A DNA stretch of 64,000 nucleotides from a bacterium (GCA_002686365.1 NZBZ01000004.1:27079-91078); one strand, 5' to 3'. Numbered from the stretch's first letter, positions 1 to 10,148 are shown. The notes: generated by a model from the sequence alone, not told the origin. Program-made: numbers and translations.

Positions 1-38
1 GACCGATATATTTTTTTGCGTTATATTTCACCAGTATT

Positions 39-344
39 ATGTTCGCAATTATTGAATCAGGGGGAAAGCAGTATAAAGTAGAACTGGGCACGAAGGCGCA
101 GGTTGAAAAGCTCCCAATGGATAAGAAGGGCAGTGTTGTATTTGATAAGGTGCTTTTGAAATCTGACGGGAAAAAAGTAGAAGTTGGGACTCCGTATATT
201 GATGGTGCTAGTATTGAGGCAAAGGCCTTGGGAGAGGGGCGTGAGAAAAAGAAAATTGTGTTTCGATACCACTCCAAGACGAGATATCGTAAGAAAAAAG
301 GGCACAGACAGCCTTATAGTGAAGTAGAAATTTCGAAGATATAA
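39..344 (+). CDS. rplU: 50S ribosomal protein L21
   Basis: MFAIIESGGKQYKV...KKGHRQPYS signature. Confidence 0.97.
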   Translation: MFAIIESGGKQYKVELGTKAQVEKLPMDKKGSVVFDKVLLKSDGKKVEVGTPYIDGASIEAKALGEGREKKKIVFRYHSKTRYRKKKGHRQPYSEVEISKI

Positions 345-355
345 AAAAGTCCTGT

Positions 356-1372
356 TCAGTCGGGGCTTTTTTGTTTTTCAGGCAGCATCCATTTTTGAGT
401 TGTTTCTACAAATCGTAGAGGGTCTACGGAAGCGCCCCCTGTTTTTATTGAGAAGTGGAGGTGGTGGTCTAGAGTGTAGAGTCCGGTATTTCCTACAGTG
501 CCGATTATTTTCTCTTGAGTTATGGTTTCGTTTTCTTGCACTTCCATTGTATCTAGATGGAGATAGAGAGAGAAGATAGATGCGCCGTGGTCGATTACAA
601 TTGTATTGCCAAAATTTTTCAGAGTTCTTGCAAGGCGTACTACTCCGTCATTTGACGCGTATACTGGATCTCCTTTTTTTGCATCAAGATCTACGCCGAG
701 GTGGCGGATAGAAGAGTTTCCGGATTTCCGGATGTTTCCGAATCCACCCGCGATTTCTTGGGTTGGGAGGGGATATATGAATGGTTTTTTGAAAAAGATT
801 TCAGGCAGCGGATTGTCCAGAACTGTATAGAGAATCTCTGTGTCATTTTGTGCAATGTCTTGTACTGCTGCAGATGGAGTATATCCCTGTTCTTTTTGTT
901 CTTTGCTTAAAGCGAGTTCTGTGACAGGGAATGCTCTTTCTCGTATTTGGATTGTTTTTTCCTGCAGTGTGTTTTCTTGGAGTTGAATGGATACTTCTCC
1001 GGGTTCTTTTCGTACATCAATTCCGTAGATTCCTATGTATTGTTTTTCTTCAATTGGAATGAGAGTTAGGGGAGTGTTTTCTATTTGTATATTTGGTTTG
1101 GATGTGGCGTATGCAGTTACTATGAGTGTATCGCCCTGTTCAAGACTTTTTGATGAGAGGGTGAGGCTCACGATTTCTTCTTGTGGTTTTTGTGGGGTCT
1201 CTTTTTTTGGCTCCCCGATTGTATAGGGAAGTGATGCCTGTGTTTCTTTTTTAGGCGAGGAAATAATATATTCGTTTTCTGGAATCGCATCCGGGAATAT
1301 CACGCGAAGAAGCATTCCTCCTGCTGTTCCGAGGCATGCGAGTATTATGAGACCTAGTAGAAGTTTTTTCAT
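356..1372 (-). CDS. M23 family metallopeptidase, N-terminal membrane anchor
   Basis: HLGVD and HLH zinc motifs, GNTIVIDHG. Confidence 0.9.
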   Translation of the reverse strand: MKKLLLGLIILACLGTAGGMLLRVIFPDAIPENEYIISSPKKETQASLPYTIGEPKKETPQKPQEEIVSLTLSSKSLEQGDTLIVTAYATSKPNIQIENTPLTLIPIEEKQYIGIYGIDVRKEPGEVSIQLQENTLQEKTIQIRERAFPVTELALSKEQKEQGYTPSAAVQDIAQNDTEILYTVLDNPLPEIFFKKPFIYPLPTQEIAGGFGNIRKSGNSSIRHLGVDLDAKKGDPVYASNDGVVRLARTLKNFGNTIVIDHGASIFSLYLHLDTMEVQENETITQEKIIGTVGNTGLYTLDHHLHFSIKTGGASVDPLRFVETTQKWMLPEKQKSPD

Positions 1373-1378
1373 CCTTTT

Positions 1379-1978
1379 TTAACTTCTTCTTCTGAGGGCG
1401 TTTTTGAGTGTTTCTTCGTCTGCGAATTCTATCTCTCCTCCTGTTGGGAGGCCGCGTCCTAGGCGTGTGATGTGTGAGGTGAGGTGCTTGAAGTCACGTT
1501 TTAGGATTTCATAGAGCATGTCGCCAAGTGCATGCGGGTTTACTGCTAAAATAATCTCCTCTATGTTTCCTTCTGGTTCGCCTTCTATCCTTCTTTTTAG
1601 CTGTTCGATTCGGTTTTTGTGTGATTCTTCGAGAATTCCACGCCCACTTAGCTCTCCTAGTATGAGATAGGTTCCTCTGAATTCTCTTGGTTTTTCTAGT
1701 GTTAGAATATCCGTGTCTTTTTCTACTATTGCGATTATGCGGGAGTCTCTCCTCGAGTCAGAGCAGATTTCGCAAAGTTCCTGTTCCTTTTCTTTTATAA
1801 AAAAACAGCGTTTGCACCTTTCCAAATTTTCCAGATTTTTTAATGATTCTATGAGGTTTGATCTGGTTTGGGTGTCAAGTCGTGATATGAAGAAGGCGAG
1901 TCGGGTTGCTGCCCGTGGTCCGAGACCTGGGATTTTTCGGAAGTGCTCTATGAAATTTTTTATTGCGTTCGGGATCAT
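1379..1978 (-). CDS. recR: Recombination mediator RecR
   Basis: IPGLGPRAATRLA HhH, C4 zinc finger, Toprim, GLPTGGEIEFAD. Confidence 0.95.
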   Translation of the reverse strand: MIPNAIKNFIEHFRKIPGLGPRAATRLAFFISRLDTQTRSNLIESLKNLENLERCKRCFFIKEKEQELCEICSDSRRDSRIIAIVEKDTDILTLEKPREFRGTYLILGELSGRGILEESHKNRIEQLKRRIEGEPEGNIEEIILAVNPHALGDMLYEILKRDFKHLTSHITRLGRGLPTGGEIEFADEETLKNALRRRS

Positions 1979-1984
1979 GGGTTT

Positions 1985-2097
1985 AAAATTTTCAATTTCT
2001 AATTTTCAATTTTCAATAGATTTTCAATGTTAAAATGCTTAAATGTCTAGTTGTATTCATTGGAAATTGGTAATTGGTAATTGGAAATTGGACATTA
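1985..2097. repeat. Degenerate heptamer array (ATTTTCA-type) followed by inverted GAAATTG-type array
   Basis: aattttcaatttctaattttcaattttcaa ... ggaaattggtaattggtaattggaaattgg; related copies near 14865 and 50957-51075. Confidence 0.8.
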
Positions 2098-3465
2098 CAG
2101 CTCGTCTTCTGTGTGGTATGTATCTATGTCTCGAAATGATACCTTCTCGTGATCGAACTTTAGCTCTGCTACGCCTTGTGGTCCATTTCTGTGTTTTGCA
2201 ATTATTACTCGTACTAGGTTTTGGTCTTCGTCTGAAAGTGATTCCTGTTTTTTTGATCCATATGCGTCTTTATCTTTGCGCGCTAGGAATAGTACAACAT
2301 CAGAGTCTTGTTCAAGAGATCCTGATTCACGGAGGTCGGAGAGGCGTGGTGTTTTGTCGTCCCGCTGGTCTACTGCTCTTGAGAGCTGTGATAGTGCGAG
2401 AATTGGAACGTTTAATTCTCTTGCGAGAGACTTTAGTCCTCGAGAAGTTTCGGTTACCTGCTGAACCATGCTTTGCATTTCAGCTCGGGGTTTTATTAGC
2501 TGTAGATAGTCGACAATGAGGAGGTCTAGTCCCTGTTCTATTTGAAGTCTGCGCGCCATTGAGCGCATTTGCAGAATGCTTGGGGATGGAGTGTCATCTA
2601 CAAAGAGCGGGAGTTCTGATAGTCTGCCGAGCGCGTTTTGGACGAGGGCGAAGTCAGTGTCTTCTTTTAGACGTCCTGTTCGCAGTTTCCATAGGTGCAC
2701 TTGTGCTTCTGCCGCAATTAAGCGGTCCATGATCTGTTCTCTGGACATTTCAATGGAGAATATGCCAACTGTGTGTTTTTCTTTTGCCGCGTGTCTCGCA
2801 ATGTCTAGGGCAAGCGATGTTTTTCCGTACGAAGGTCGTGCTCCTAATAGAATTAGATCTGAGCGCTGGAAGCCTGATAGTAGGGAATCGAGTTTTGCGA
2901 ATCCTATTGGGATTCCTCTAAGTGTTTTTCCTTCTCCTGCCTGAAGTTTTTGGAATCGTTCGAAGCTTTCAGCGAGCTCATCTTTTATGTGGGTGAATTT
3001 TTGGGTTTGGGAGAGTTGGGATATGCTGAATATTCGTTTTTCTACCTGGTCAAGAACTTCTTCAAAGTCTTCTTGGTCGAGTGCGCGTTCATTTATTTCT
3101 GTTGATGCTTGGAGCAGGTCTCGGCGAACTCGTTTTTCCCGCACGATTGTGGCATAGCTTGTGATGTGGGCGGAGGATGGGACGGATTCTATAAGATCGC
3201 TTAAGTAGCTTGCTCCTCCGATTTTTTTAAGCTGTTTTTTTTCTTTGAGGGCGGTGTTTACTGTTAGGACATCTATTGGCTTTCCTTTTTCAAATAGTTC
3301 GAGTATTGCCCCGTATACTTTTTGATGCGCTGGGTTGTAGAAGTCATTTGGAGATAGAATGTCTGCGACTTTAATAATTGCTTCTTTGTCTAGCATTAGG
3401 GCTCCTAATACGGATACTTCTGATTCCTGGTCCTGTGGAGGAAGTTTTGGTTGTTTTTCGGGCAT
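2095..3465 (-). CDS. dnaB: Replicative DNA helicase
   Basis: GARPSYGKT, IVDYLQL, LSDLRESGSLEQDSD, KHRNGP. Confidence 0.98.
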   Translation of the reverse strand: MPEKQPKLPPQDQESEVSVLGALMLDKEAIIKVADILSPNDFYNPAHQKVYGAILELFEKGKPIDVLTVNTALKEKKQLKKIGGASYLSDLIESVPSSAHITSYATIVREKRVRRDLLQASTEINERALDQEDFEEVLDQVEKRIFSISQLSQTQKFTHIKDELAESFERFQKLQAGEGKTLRGIPIGFAKLDSLLSGFQRSDLILLGARPSYGKTSLALDIARHAAKEKHTVGIFSIEMSREQIMDRLIAAEAQVHLWKLRTGRLKEDTDFALVQNALGRLSELPLFVDDTPSPSILQMRSMARRLQIEQGLDLLIVDYLQLIKPRAEMQSMVQQVTETSRGLKSLARELNVPILALSQLSRAVDQRDDKTPRLSDLRESGSLEQDSDVVLFLARKDKDAYGSKKQESLSDEDQNLVRVIIAKHRNGPQGVAELKFDHEKVSFRDIDTYHTEDEL

Positions 3466-3533
3466 GAAATATCAACGAATAGGGTGGATTTGATTAACCC
3501 GCCCGTCGTTTATTACTAGAAAAGACTCTATGT

Positions 3534-4961
3534 CTATTTTTTTCGCGCAAGAGGTCCTAAGGGCGTGTCTTCTACTATATATCCTAACGCCTCTATTTTT
3601 TTTCTCAATGTGTCGGCTTGGACAAACTGTTTATGAGCTCTGGATAACTCGCGTTTTTTCATCATTTCCTGGATGTTTTTAGGCGTGAGAGAGGGGATTG
3701 TATTGATGCCAAGCACTCCGAGCGTCTCTTTTAGGAGGTTTAGTGTGTTTTCTACTTCTTTTTTTGTAAGGCTCCAGATTCGCGGATTTGTATTTCGGAG
3801 AAATTCAAAGATTTTTGCTGTTGCTTCTCTAGTATTAAAGTCGTCTTCCATTGCTTTCTCGAATGACTTTTTGGTGCTTTGTATTTCTTTTTGTATGTTT
3901 TGTTTTTTAGGGTGCGGAGCAGATTTTTTTGACTGTTTTCTTAGTGTGAGTTTTTGGATGAATTCGTCGAGACCCTCTCTTGCTTTTTTTGACTGCTCGA
4001 CAAGTTTTTCCGAGTAGTGCGCAGGGGAGCGGTAGTGATGCATGAGAATGATCCACCGGAATAGTTCGGCATCATGTTTTTTTAGGAAGCTTTCTATTGT
4101 AATAAAGTTTCCTAGGCTTTTTGACATTTTTTTGTTCTCGATGCGTATGAGTCCGGCGTGCATCCAGATTTTCACAAATGGCTTTTTGCCTGATGCAGCT
4201 TCCTGTTGCGCGATTTCTGCTTCGTGGTGTGGGAATTTAAGGTCTAGTCCTCCTCCGTGCAAATCATACTGTGGGCCAAAAAAACTCTCTGTCATTGCAG
4301 TATCTTCAATGTGCCATCCAGGTCGGCCCCAGCCGAGAGTGGTTTTCCATGCTGGCTCACCTTTTACGAGCTTGTACTTGTTAGAGCTTTTTGGTGCGTT
4401 TACGAATTTCCAGAGGGCGAAGTCTCCTTTATTTTTCTTTTTTATACTTTCATCAATGCGTGATACACCGTCTTCAGCCTGTGTTATTGTTCTTCGCGCG
4501 AGTTCTCCATAATTTTTAAACTTCTTGATGTTGAAGTAGTATCCTTGGTTTGGGATTTCATAGGCATATTCTTTTTTTATAAGAGTTTGCACTTGGCGCA
4601 CTATTTCCGGAATGAATTTGCTTGCTCTTGCATATGTATCTACTGTGTTTATTCCAAGGGCCTTCATATCTCGATAATAGGTTTCTTCGAATTCGTGTGC
4701 GAGTTTTAGCGGATCTTTCTTTTCTTTTTTTGCCCGGTCTATGATTTTGTCGTCTATATCTGTGATGTTTTGAAGATAAAAAATCTTCCATCCTTGTGCG
4801 CGGAGGTATTTTACGATTACGTCAAAGGCAAGCTGTGTTCTTGCGTGTCCAATGTGGGCAAGGTCGTATACAGTTGGGCCGCATACGAAGAGATTGATGG
4901 GCCGATTTTTTGGTTTTTTTAGGAGCTCTTTTTTTCCACTTAGGGTGTTAAATATATACAT
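3534..4961 (-). CDS. cysS: Cysteine-tRNA ligase
   Basis: CGPTVY, HIGH, GRPGWHIE, KMSKS. Confidence 0.98.
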   Translation of the reverse strand: MYIFNTLSGKKELLKKPKNRPINLFVCGPTVYDLAHIGHARTQLAFDVIVKYLRAQGWKIFYLQNITDIDDKIIDRAKKEKKDPLKLAHEFEETYYRDMKALGINTVDTYARASKFIPEIVRQVQTLIKKEYAYEIPNQGYYFNIKKFKNYGELARRTITQAEDGVSRIDESIKKKNKGDFALWKFVNAPKSSNKYKLVKGEPAWKTTLGWGRPGWHIEDTAMTESFFGPQYDLHGGGLDLKFPHHEAEIAQQEAASGKKPFVKIWMHAGLIRIENKKMSKSLGNFITIESFLKKHDAELFRWIILMHHYRSPAHYSEKLVEQSKKAREGLDEFIQKLTLRKQSKKSAPHPKKQNIQKEIQSTKKSFEKAMEDDFNTREATAKIFEFLRNTNPRIWSLTKKEVENTLNLLKETLGVLGINTIPSLTPKNIQEMMKKRELSRAHKQFVQADTLRKKIEALGYIVEDTPLGPLARKK

Positions 4962-4965
4962 TGTG

Positions 4966-5922
4966 TTATCTGCTCCAGTTTAGGACGATGTCATTTATTT
5001 CCGGAGATTCTGTTCTTGATAGGTTGCTTATGAGGCGCACCTTGTATCGTAGATAGCGGCTGCTTGCGCTTTGGAGTTTGTCTATACAGATTGGAGTGTC
5101 AGCTCCTGCTCCGGGGAATGAAGTTGCTGCTGCAGGACAGGATGCTCCATAGTAGGTGAATTCGCTTCCGCCAGGCCCTATAAAGGTCCATGGTCCGGTT
5201 GGTGAGTTTGATACAGCGATTTGGAAATCAACAGAGGTTCCGCTTGGCTGTGTTCCTTGCCAGATGATGCTGTTTAATACAACTCCTCCTTCTTCTCCAG
5301 TGTCAAAGATAGATGATTCGAGGTAGGCGATAGAACTTGTTGCTCTCCATGTGGTTGCTACTTTTGTTGAGCTTCCGTGGAATCCAATCCATCCTTCGAT
5401 GTCATTCCATGCAAATCCTTCAAAGTCTCCTGATACTCCGTTTATTGTTACTCCGTATGGGTTTGATATACATACGTCTGGGCCTCCATGGTTTGTCTGG
5501 TTACAGTTGAAGCTTACCCAGCCGATTGCATCATTCCATGCATATCCTGAAAGGATTCCGCTGGCATTGCCGTTTGTGCAGGTTCCGTCTATGTTGTGTG
5601 GTCCTGGGCCATTGCAGATGCCGTAGTTTGATGATGTGCATATATTTCCGTTTCTTGTTGTTGCGCAGTCAAGCGATATATCTCCAATAGCTGATTCTGC
5701 GTATCCTTCTATCTTTGAACCAAAGACTGTAACTGTGTTGCTTATGTAAAAGTCCCAATATCCGCTTATATCGCTCCATGCTACTCGTTCAGCTGGGTCA
5801 GAGTGGATATTTGTGCCTGGATCAGCTTGTGCTTCAAAGAGATTTGTTGTAATGCTCGTTACAACGCCGAAAATGAGCACAATAGCTATAACAATCCAGA
5901 ATATGATTTTCCATGCTTTCAT
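4966..5922 (-). CDS. Membrane-anchored extracellular beta-rich protein with G(Y/F)AWND-x-x-GW repeats
   Basis: Start moved to MKAWK (5922); N-terminal TM; repeated GYAWNDAIGW / GFAWNDIEGW; Cys pairs. Confidence 0.75.
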   Translation of the reverse strand: MKAWKIIFWIVIAIVLIFGVVTSITTNLFEAQADPGTNIHSDPAERVAWSDISGYWDFYISNTVTVFGSKIEGYAESAIGDISLDCATTRNGNICTSSNYGICNGPGPHNIDGTCTNGNASGILSGYAWNDAIGWVSFNCNQTNHGGPDVCISNPYGVTINGVSGDFEGFAWNDIEGWIGFHGSSTKVATTWRATSSIAYLESSIFDTGEEGGVVLNSIIWQGTQPSGTSVDFQIAVSNSPTGPWTFIGPGGSEFTYYGASCPAAATSFPGAGADTPICIDKLQSASSRYLRYKVRLISNLSRTESPEINDIVLNWSR

Positions 5923-6105
5923 GGGTCTATTATATGATATTTTTTGTGTTTCTGCCTCTTTTGTGATACACTTTCCGCAACCTGGCGCTACGTATATGGC
6001 GTATATATGGTAGTTTCTGGGGGTGTTTGTTCGCTCGTTACCATACTCTTTCTTGCTCTGTTTCCCACTTCGCATCTTGGAAACAGAGTATAGGGGAATC
6101 ATCAC

Positions 6106-6462
6106 ATGTCCGCCCTGACCAAGGCTACGAGACTTCTCGAGGCTCGTAAGGCGAGCATCGCAAGCGCGTTCGGTCTTCAGTCTTTCGCTGGTTTCGTCAA
6201 TGTCGTTCCGTCAGCGGAGACTCGTGTGATCTGCGTTGCTGTCGGATCGTCCGGCAACCAGAGGTACGTTCGTTTCCGTGTGCGATTCAAGCGCAACGGA
6301 GACTTCTACCGCGTCGAGATGACTCCGCTCGGCCGCAATACTCTCAAGGTCTCTAAGACCTTCGATGACCTGAAGGCGGCTCTCGCGACAGAGTGCAATG
6401 CGGACGCTGCGACCGAGCCCGCGACAACCTCCGCCCTTCATGGGGCTATGGCTCCCGCTTAG
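6106..6462 (+). CDS. Orphan hypothetical protein (GC-rich cassette)
   Basis: 118 aa ORF, purine-rich RBS agggga, downstream terminator. Confidence 0.6.
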   Translation: MSALTKATRLLEARKASIASAFGLQSFAGFVNVVPSAETRVICVAVGSSGNQRYVRFRVRFKRNGDFYRVEMTPLGRNTLKVSKTFDDLKAALATECNADAATEPATTSALHGAMAPA

Positions 6463-6523
6463 AGGAGACCAAGGAGGCTCTCCTGGACTGGACTGGATTC
6501 TCTTGCCGGCTCACCGGCATCAC

Positions 6524-6555
6524 GGAGGCGTTGCACGTATGCGCCTCCTTTTATT
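6524..6555 (+). terminator. Intrinsic terminator
   Basis: ggaggcg...cgcctcc stem then ttttatt. Confidence 0.7.
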
Positions 6556-6581
6556 CGAAAATGTTTAGTTGTAGTGAGGTA

Positions 6582-6610
6582 TTGACAATATGTATTTGGT
6601 GGGGTATTTT
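6582..6610 (+). promoter_or_regulatory. Sigma70-type promoter
   Basis: ttgaca-17 nt-tatttt. Confidence 0.6.
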
Positions 6611-6640
6611 AATTGTTAGAAATGGAAATGGAGGTGCTTC

Positions 6641-7081
6641 GTGGCAGCACCAGCAACTAAGTTAACAGTTGCTCTTCACGCGAAAAAGCTTACGAATGAG
6701 GAGCTTACAGCTTTCGCGTCAGCCATACAGGGAGACGCGTGCTCAAAGGCGGAACTTCAGGAAGAGACGTGGTTCAACAAGGTCGAGGCGCTCTTCGATG
6801 ATGACGGTGAACTGCCTCGGGCTGTGAAGGATGCTGTTTTCGTCCTTGTGCAACAAAGGGCGTGCGTGGCAGCAGCTGCTCTTTGTGCGGAAGAGCTTGA
6901 GGATCATGAGCTTGTAGCTTTCGCGTTGAGCGTAAAGCTGGGCAGATGCTCGAAGGCGGATCTGCAGAAAAAGCCGTGGTTCAACGAGAGGATTGAGGAG
7001 CTCTTCGATGATGACGGCGAGCTGTCTCAGGCTGTGAAGGATGCCGTCTTCGCTCTTGCAAATACAAGAATGGAGGCGTAG
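6641..7081 (+). CDS. Orphan protein with two tandem ~70 aa repeats
   Basis: CSKA(E/D)LQ..WFN..LFDDDGEL..AVKDAVF twice; SD ggaggtg at 6630. Confidence 0.75.
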   Translation: MAAPATKLTVALHAKKLTNEELTAFASAIQGDACSKAELQEETWFNKVEALFDDDGELPRAVKDAVFVLVQQRACVAAAALCAEELEDHELVAFALSVKLGRCSKADLQKKPWFNERIEELFDDDGELSQAVKDAVFALANTRMEA

Positions 7082-7108
7082 GTATAAGCGTAATGGGTTT
7101 GGTACTAT

Positions 7109-7894
7109 GTGCTGAGCCTATCCATCCCTTTAAATTTGGCGGCGAGTTTTGATGAAGAGAATTCCGTTGTAGATTTTTCTTGGGCGAGTTCGACGGATTC
7201 TGATACGTTAGATAATTTAATTACATACGAGGTGGCGCATACGACTTCGACGGATTTGTCGGGGGTTTCGTGGAGTTCGGTTGGGTCGTTTTTGCAGACG
7301 AGTTTGGATTTGGGTTTTGGGGAGACGTATCTTATTGGTGTGCGAGCAAAGGATGATTTTGAGAATGTGTCGGATTCGACGGAGATTTTTTATGATGTGC
7401 CTGTTCCGGAGTTGCCGCTTACGATTTCAAATGTCTGGTGGGGATATGTTAGTAGTTCGGCGGCGCAGGAACTTAGTTTTGAATTTAGTAATTATGATGT
7501 GCTTGTGTCGAGTACGTGGACTGTTGCGGCGTTTTATTTGAATTCGATTGTGCCGGATAAAGGCCCGTGGCCGACAGGCTTAAATAATCTTTTGAATGAC
7601 GGTGAGGAGAAAATTTGGGTTCGGTATCAAGGGTGTTTTGGAAGTGCTATTACGACAGAATTTTCTTTGGCAGGGGATGGTGCGTCGTGTGCTGGCGATG
7701 TCAGGAATAGTTATGATCCGTCTGGGGTGGACTTTCCGGAAGTAGGGGAGGTGGTTATGGAAGTTAGTCCGCCAGCTGGTGAAGAATCTCATTCTTCAGA
7801 GGACTATATTACAATTCTTTTTCTTTCATCTAGTGATGGAAGTAATTTCCAACAAGTTGGGAGGTACCCTGTGCCGATTTACTTTACGGAGTGA
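7109..7894 (+). CDS. Acidic beta-rich surface protein, FN3-like domain; probably a 5'-truncated fragment
   Basis: PLNLAA..FSW..S.D..ITYEV..TYLIGVRAKD pattern; no signal peptide or good start. Confidence 0.6.
   Translation: MLSLSIPLNLAASFDEENSVVDFSWASSTDSDTLDNLITYEVAHTTSTDLSGVSWSSVGSFLQTSLDLGFGETYLIGVRAKDDFENVSDSTEIFYDVPVPELPLTISNVWWGYVSSSAAQELSFEFSNYDVLVSSTWTVAAFYLNSIVPDKGPWPTGLNNLLNDGEEKIWVRYQGCFGSAITTEFSLAGDGASCAGDVRNSYDPSGVDFPEVGEVVMEVSPPAGEESHSSEDYITILFLSSSDGSNFQQVGRYPVPIYFTE
7845..7894 (+). repeat. Gene 3'-end repeat, copy 1 (FQQVGRYPVPIYFTE*)
   Basis: Matches copies at 8966, 10189, 10727. Confidence 0.9.
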
Positions 7895-7916
7895 TGCTTT
7901 GAAAACATTTATTTTT

Positions 7917-7952
7917 ACTTAGTTTAGTATCCGGCCGGATACTAAACTAAGT
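7917..7952. repeat. Perfect 36 bp palindrome
   Basis: acttagtttagtatccgg|ccggatactaaactaagt. Confidence 0.9.
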
Positions 7953-7980
7953 TTAGGTTTTTGGGAGGGGGGGGTAGTGC

Positions 7981-8009
7981 TTGACGCGTAGTATGATGTG
8001 TGTTACTTT
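7981..8009 (+). promoter_or_regulatory. Sigma70-type promoter, extended -10
   Basis: ttgacg-17 nt-tacttt with TG. Confidence 0.6.
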
Positions 8010-8085
8010 TTGTATCGGCAGGGTGGGGTACATTTCGGTAGCATGAGGTATGTTGCCTTGTGCAAAACAGCGAGGATGGAACAAC

Positions 8086-8874
8086 ATGTCGTTGGTTTTT
8101 ACAGATAAGGTAGCAAGCGTTGAAGTACTGGATGCGTTCCTTGTGGACAAGGGTGTTGACCCGGGATTCATCTCGAGGATGGTGAATGCTTTGACTCCGC
8201 TCGTTCAGGAGTATGAGCCCGAGGGACGGGAAAGGGAGTGGCCGCATCTCCTCGAGGCAGGATTTATGGACCCCGAGAGCCTGGGGAGGGCGATCGTTGG
8301 GGCGACCGGAGTAGATTTGCCCATCGTCTTGGTTCCACTTGCGGACGTTGAGTGTCCGCCCAATTGGGTCGCGGAGGACTTCAGGCCTTTGATTCAGGGG
8401 ATGAGCCGGCTGGCTCTCGATGCGTCGCTCGGCGCTCCCTTGTACGGGATGCTGGGGCATGATCCAGAGGCGCAAGTGGATGGTGATCCTCACGGAATCG
8501 TTCGGATGCTCGAGACCGCGTTCGCCACACACATCTGGCATAGTGATGATACGGGACAGCCCCTGATGACGGATGGAAACGTCGTGGGCTTCCTCCGCGG
8601 CCTCATTGTCCAGAGACTCCTCGAAGACGGAAACGCAGGGGCGATAAATGAGGCTAGTGGGTCTTCACTCGCGGACAGCGCATGGGCGCTTATCCGAAAG
8701 GTCCTCATTGAGGCGGTGGAAGGAAGGTGTGAGGAGGCAGAGAAAACATGCACGCTTCTCAAGTTCTGGATGACGAACTGGGTCTGGGGAAGATCCAGCG
8801 AGGATGTGGGCATTGGTAGGGGGATGATTGTTTTCGCGGGCGAGACACATCCAGCAAGATTGGTGAGTGTATGA
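8086..8874 (+). CDS. Orphan acidic hypothetical protein (cassette)
   Basis: Long ORF; gagga RBS before ATG 8086. Confidence 0.75.
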   Translation: MSLVFTDKVASVEVLDAFLVDKGVDPGFISRMVNALTPLVQEYEPEGREREWPHLLEAGFMDPESLGRAIVGATGVDLPIVLVPLADVECPPNWVAEDFRPLIQGMSRLALDASLGAPLYGMLGHDPEAQVDGDPHGIVRMLETAFATHIWHSDDTGQPLMTDGNVVGFLRGLIVQRLLEDGNAGAINEASGSSLADSAWALIRKVLIEAVEGRCEEAEKTCTLLKFWMTNWVWGRSSEDVGIGRGMIVFAGETHPARLVSV

Positions 8875-8935
8875 TTGTTTTCGTGGGCTAGGCTTGGCCA
8901 GAACGAATGACGATCATCGTCATCTCACATCGAAC

Positions 8936-8965
8936 AAAAGGAAGGCACGTATGCCTTCCTCTTTT
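8936..8965 (+). terminator. Intrinsic terminator
   Basis: aggaaggca-cgta-tgccttcct then ctttt. Confidence 0.8.
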
Positions 8966-9025
8966 ATTTCCAACAAATTGGGAGGTATCCTGTGCCGATA
9001 TATTTCACGGAATAGGCAATGTTTA
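8966..9025 (+). repeat. Gene 3'-end repeat, copy 2 (FQQIGRYPVPIYFTE*)
   Basis: Almost only synonymous differences from 7845-7894. Confidence 0.9.
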
Positions 9026-9084
9026 CTCACTCGGAGAGTAAACATTGGGTTTTTTGGGGATTTTGTTGGTGTATTTTTGATACA

Positions 9085-9113
9085 TTGACAAAATGTGTGA
9101 TAAATGTTACTTT
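9085..9113 (+). promoter_or_regulatory. Sigma70-type promoter, extended -10
   Basis: ttgaca-17 nt-tacttt with TG. Confidence 0.65.
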
Positions 9114-9214
9114 CTGTTTAGATCTAACTCTAGTCTAAATGTCATTTTTCATTGCGATCTGAGCAGCTGAACACTAAGTTTCGTTCATGTCTCGTACGCA
9201 CGAGGAGTGTTACG

Positions 9215-9715
9215 ATGTTAGGCATAGGACCGACGTCTAAGATACAGGCAGAGAATCTTCGTGACTTCGTTGGCCCCCTCTGCACGCGTTTCTACGTGAA
9301 GAGGCTCAGAGCCGCTCTCGTGAAGGAGGGGAGGGTTCTACTAGATGTGGGGTTGACTGAGAGGAAGTTGGAGAGTCTTCGTCGGCAAGGTGAGAAGCGG
9401 GCTGGGATGTATCATATGTCCTGGCGCAGGAGGAACTATCTTCATCTGGTGCGGCATCATCTGGGACTGGCGCATCTCAATCTCTTGCAATGGCTTCTGG
9501 CGCAGTTCGTTACCCGCCTTCCGCTCATGGGTCGGATGTGGGGAGCTGCTTTGTCCTCGATGGCATTCGTGCTCAGAGTTCCTGTTCCGGATGATCCTCA
9601 CAGGATCATTCGCGAAGATTACGAGCGGAGCATAGCGGAAGAGGATGATGGTGGTCTCTGGGGTCTAAGCCAATCTTCTCCTTCCTGGACTGGAGGGAAT
9701 TCTCATGACAGATAA
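9215..9715 (+). CDS. Orphan hypothetical protein (cassette)
   Basis: SD gaggag at 9202, ATG 9215. Confidence 0.6.
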   Translation: MLGIGPTSKIQAENLRDFVGPLCTRFYVKRLRAALVKEGRVLLDVGLTERKLESLRRQGEKRAGMYHMSWRRRNYLHLVRHHLGLAHLNLLQWLLAQFVTRLPLMGRMWGAALSSMAFVLRVPVPDDPHRIIREDYERSIAEEDDGGLWGLSQSSPSWTGGNSHDR

Positions 9716-10109
9716 ACTTCGGTTCTCGCGGGATGTGCTGGAGTTTCGCGATCCTCGGCCGGGGGAGGTCAAGGAGTCGAAGGAGCCGTCGCCAATACAG
9801 TCGTGGCGGATGAGGATCGTCGGTGAGGGGCGGGATGGTGTTTACGACGTCTTCGTTGATTTGGATGACGTCGTTTCCATCAACTTCTCGATCGACGATG
9901 CTAGCGTGAGGATTCTCATCAATAACAAGAGGTATTCGCTTCGGGCGTATACTCGTGTTGAAGGGTCTTCTCAAATAGTGGGCCTTCGTCCCGCGATTCT
10001 TCATCGGCTGTGTCCGGGAGTTGCTCTGAACTGCCCGTGGCAGTCAGAGCATGAGTCACAGGTATCATTGGATGACCTGGGCATCATCGAGGCGCAATTG
10101 GTGCGGTAG
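9705..10109 (+). CDS. Orphan hypothetical protein (cassette)
   Basis: SD ggaggg; overlaps upstream stop. Confidence 0.65.
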   Translation: MTDKLRFSRDVLEFRDPRPGEVKESKEPSPIQSWRMRIVGEGRDGVYDVFVDLDDVVSINFSIDDASVRILINNKRYSLRAYTRVEGSSQIVGLRPAILHRLCPGVALNCPWQSEHESQVSLDDLGIIEAQLVR

Positions 10110-10148
10110 GTCACAGGCAGAGAGGTTCTGCTTGCTGTCGACGTAAGT

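Noticed and set aside
1-20. ccgatatat resembling the cassette boundary repeat
   Set aside because: Short AT-rich match at the window edge, not significant.
6670-7060. Near-identical DNA repeat pair as a DGR template/variable repeat
   Set aside because: Both copies are in frame in one ORF, differences are not adenine-specific and no reverse transcriptase is present; it is an internal duplication.
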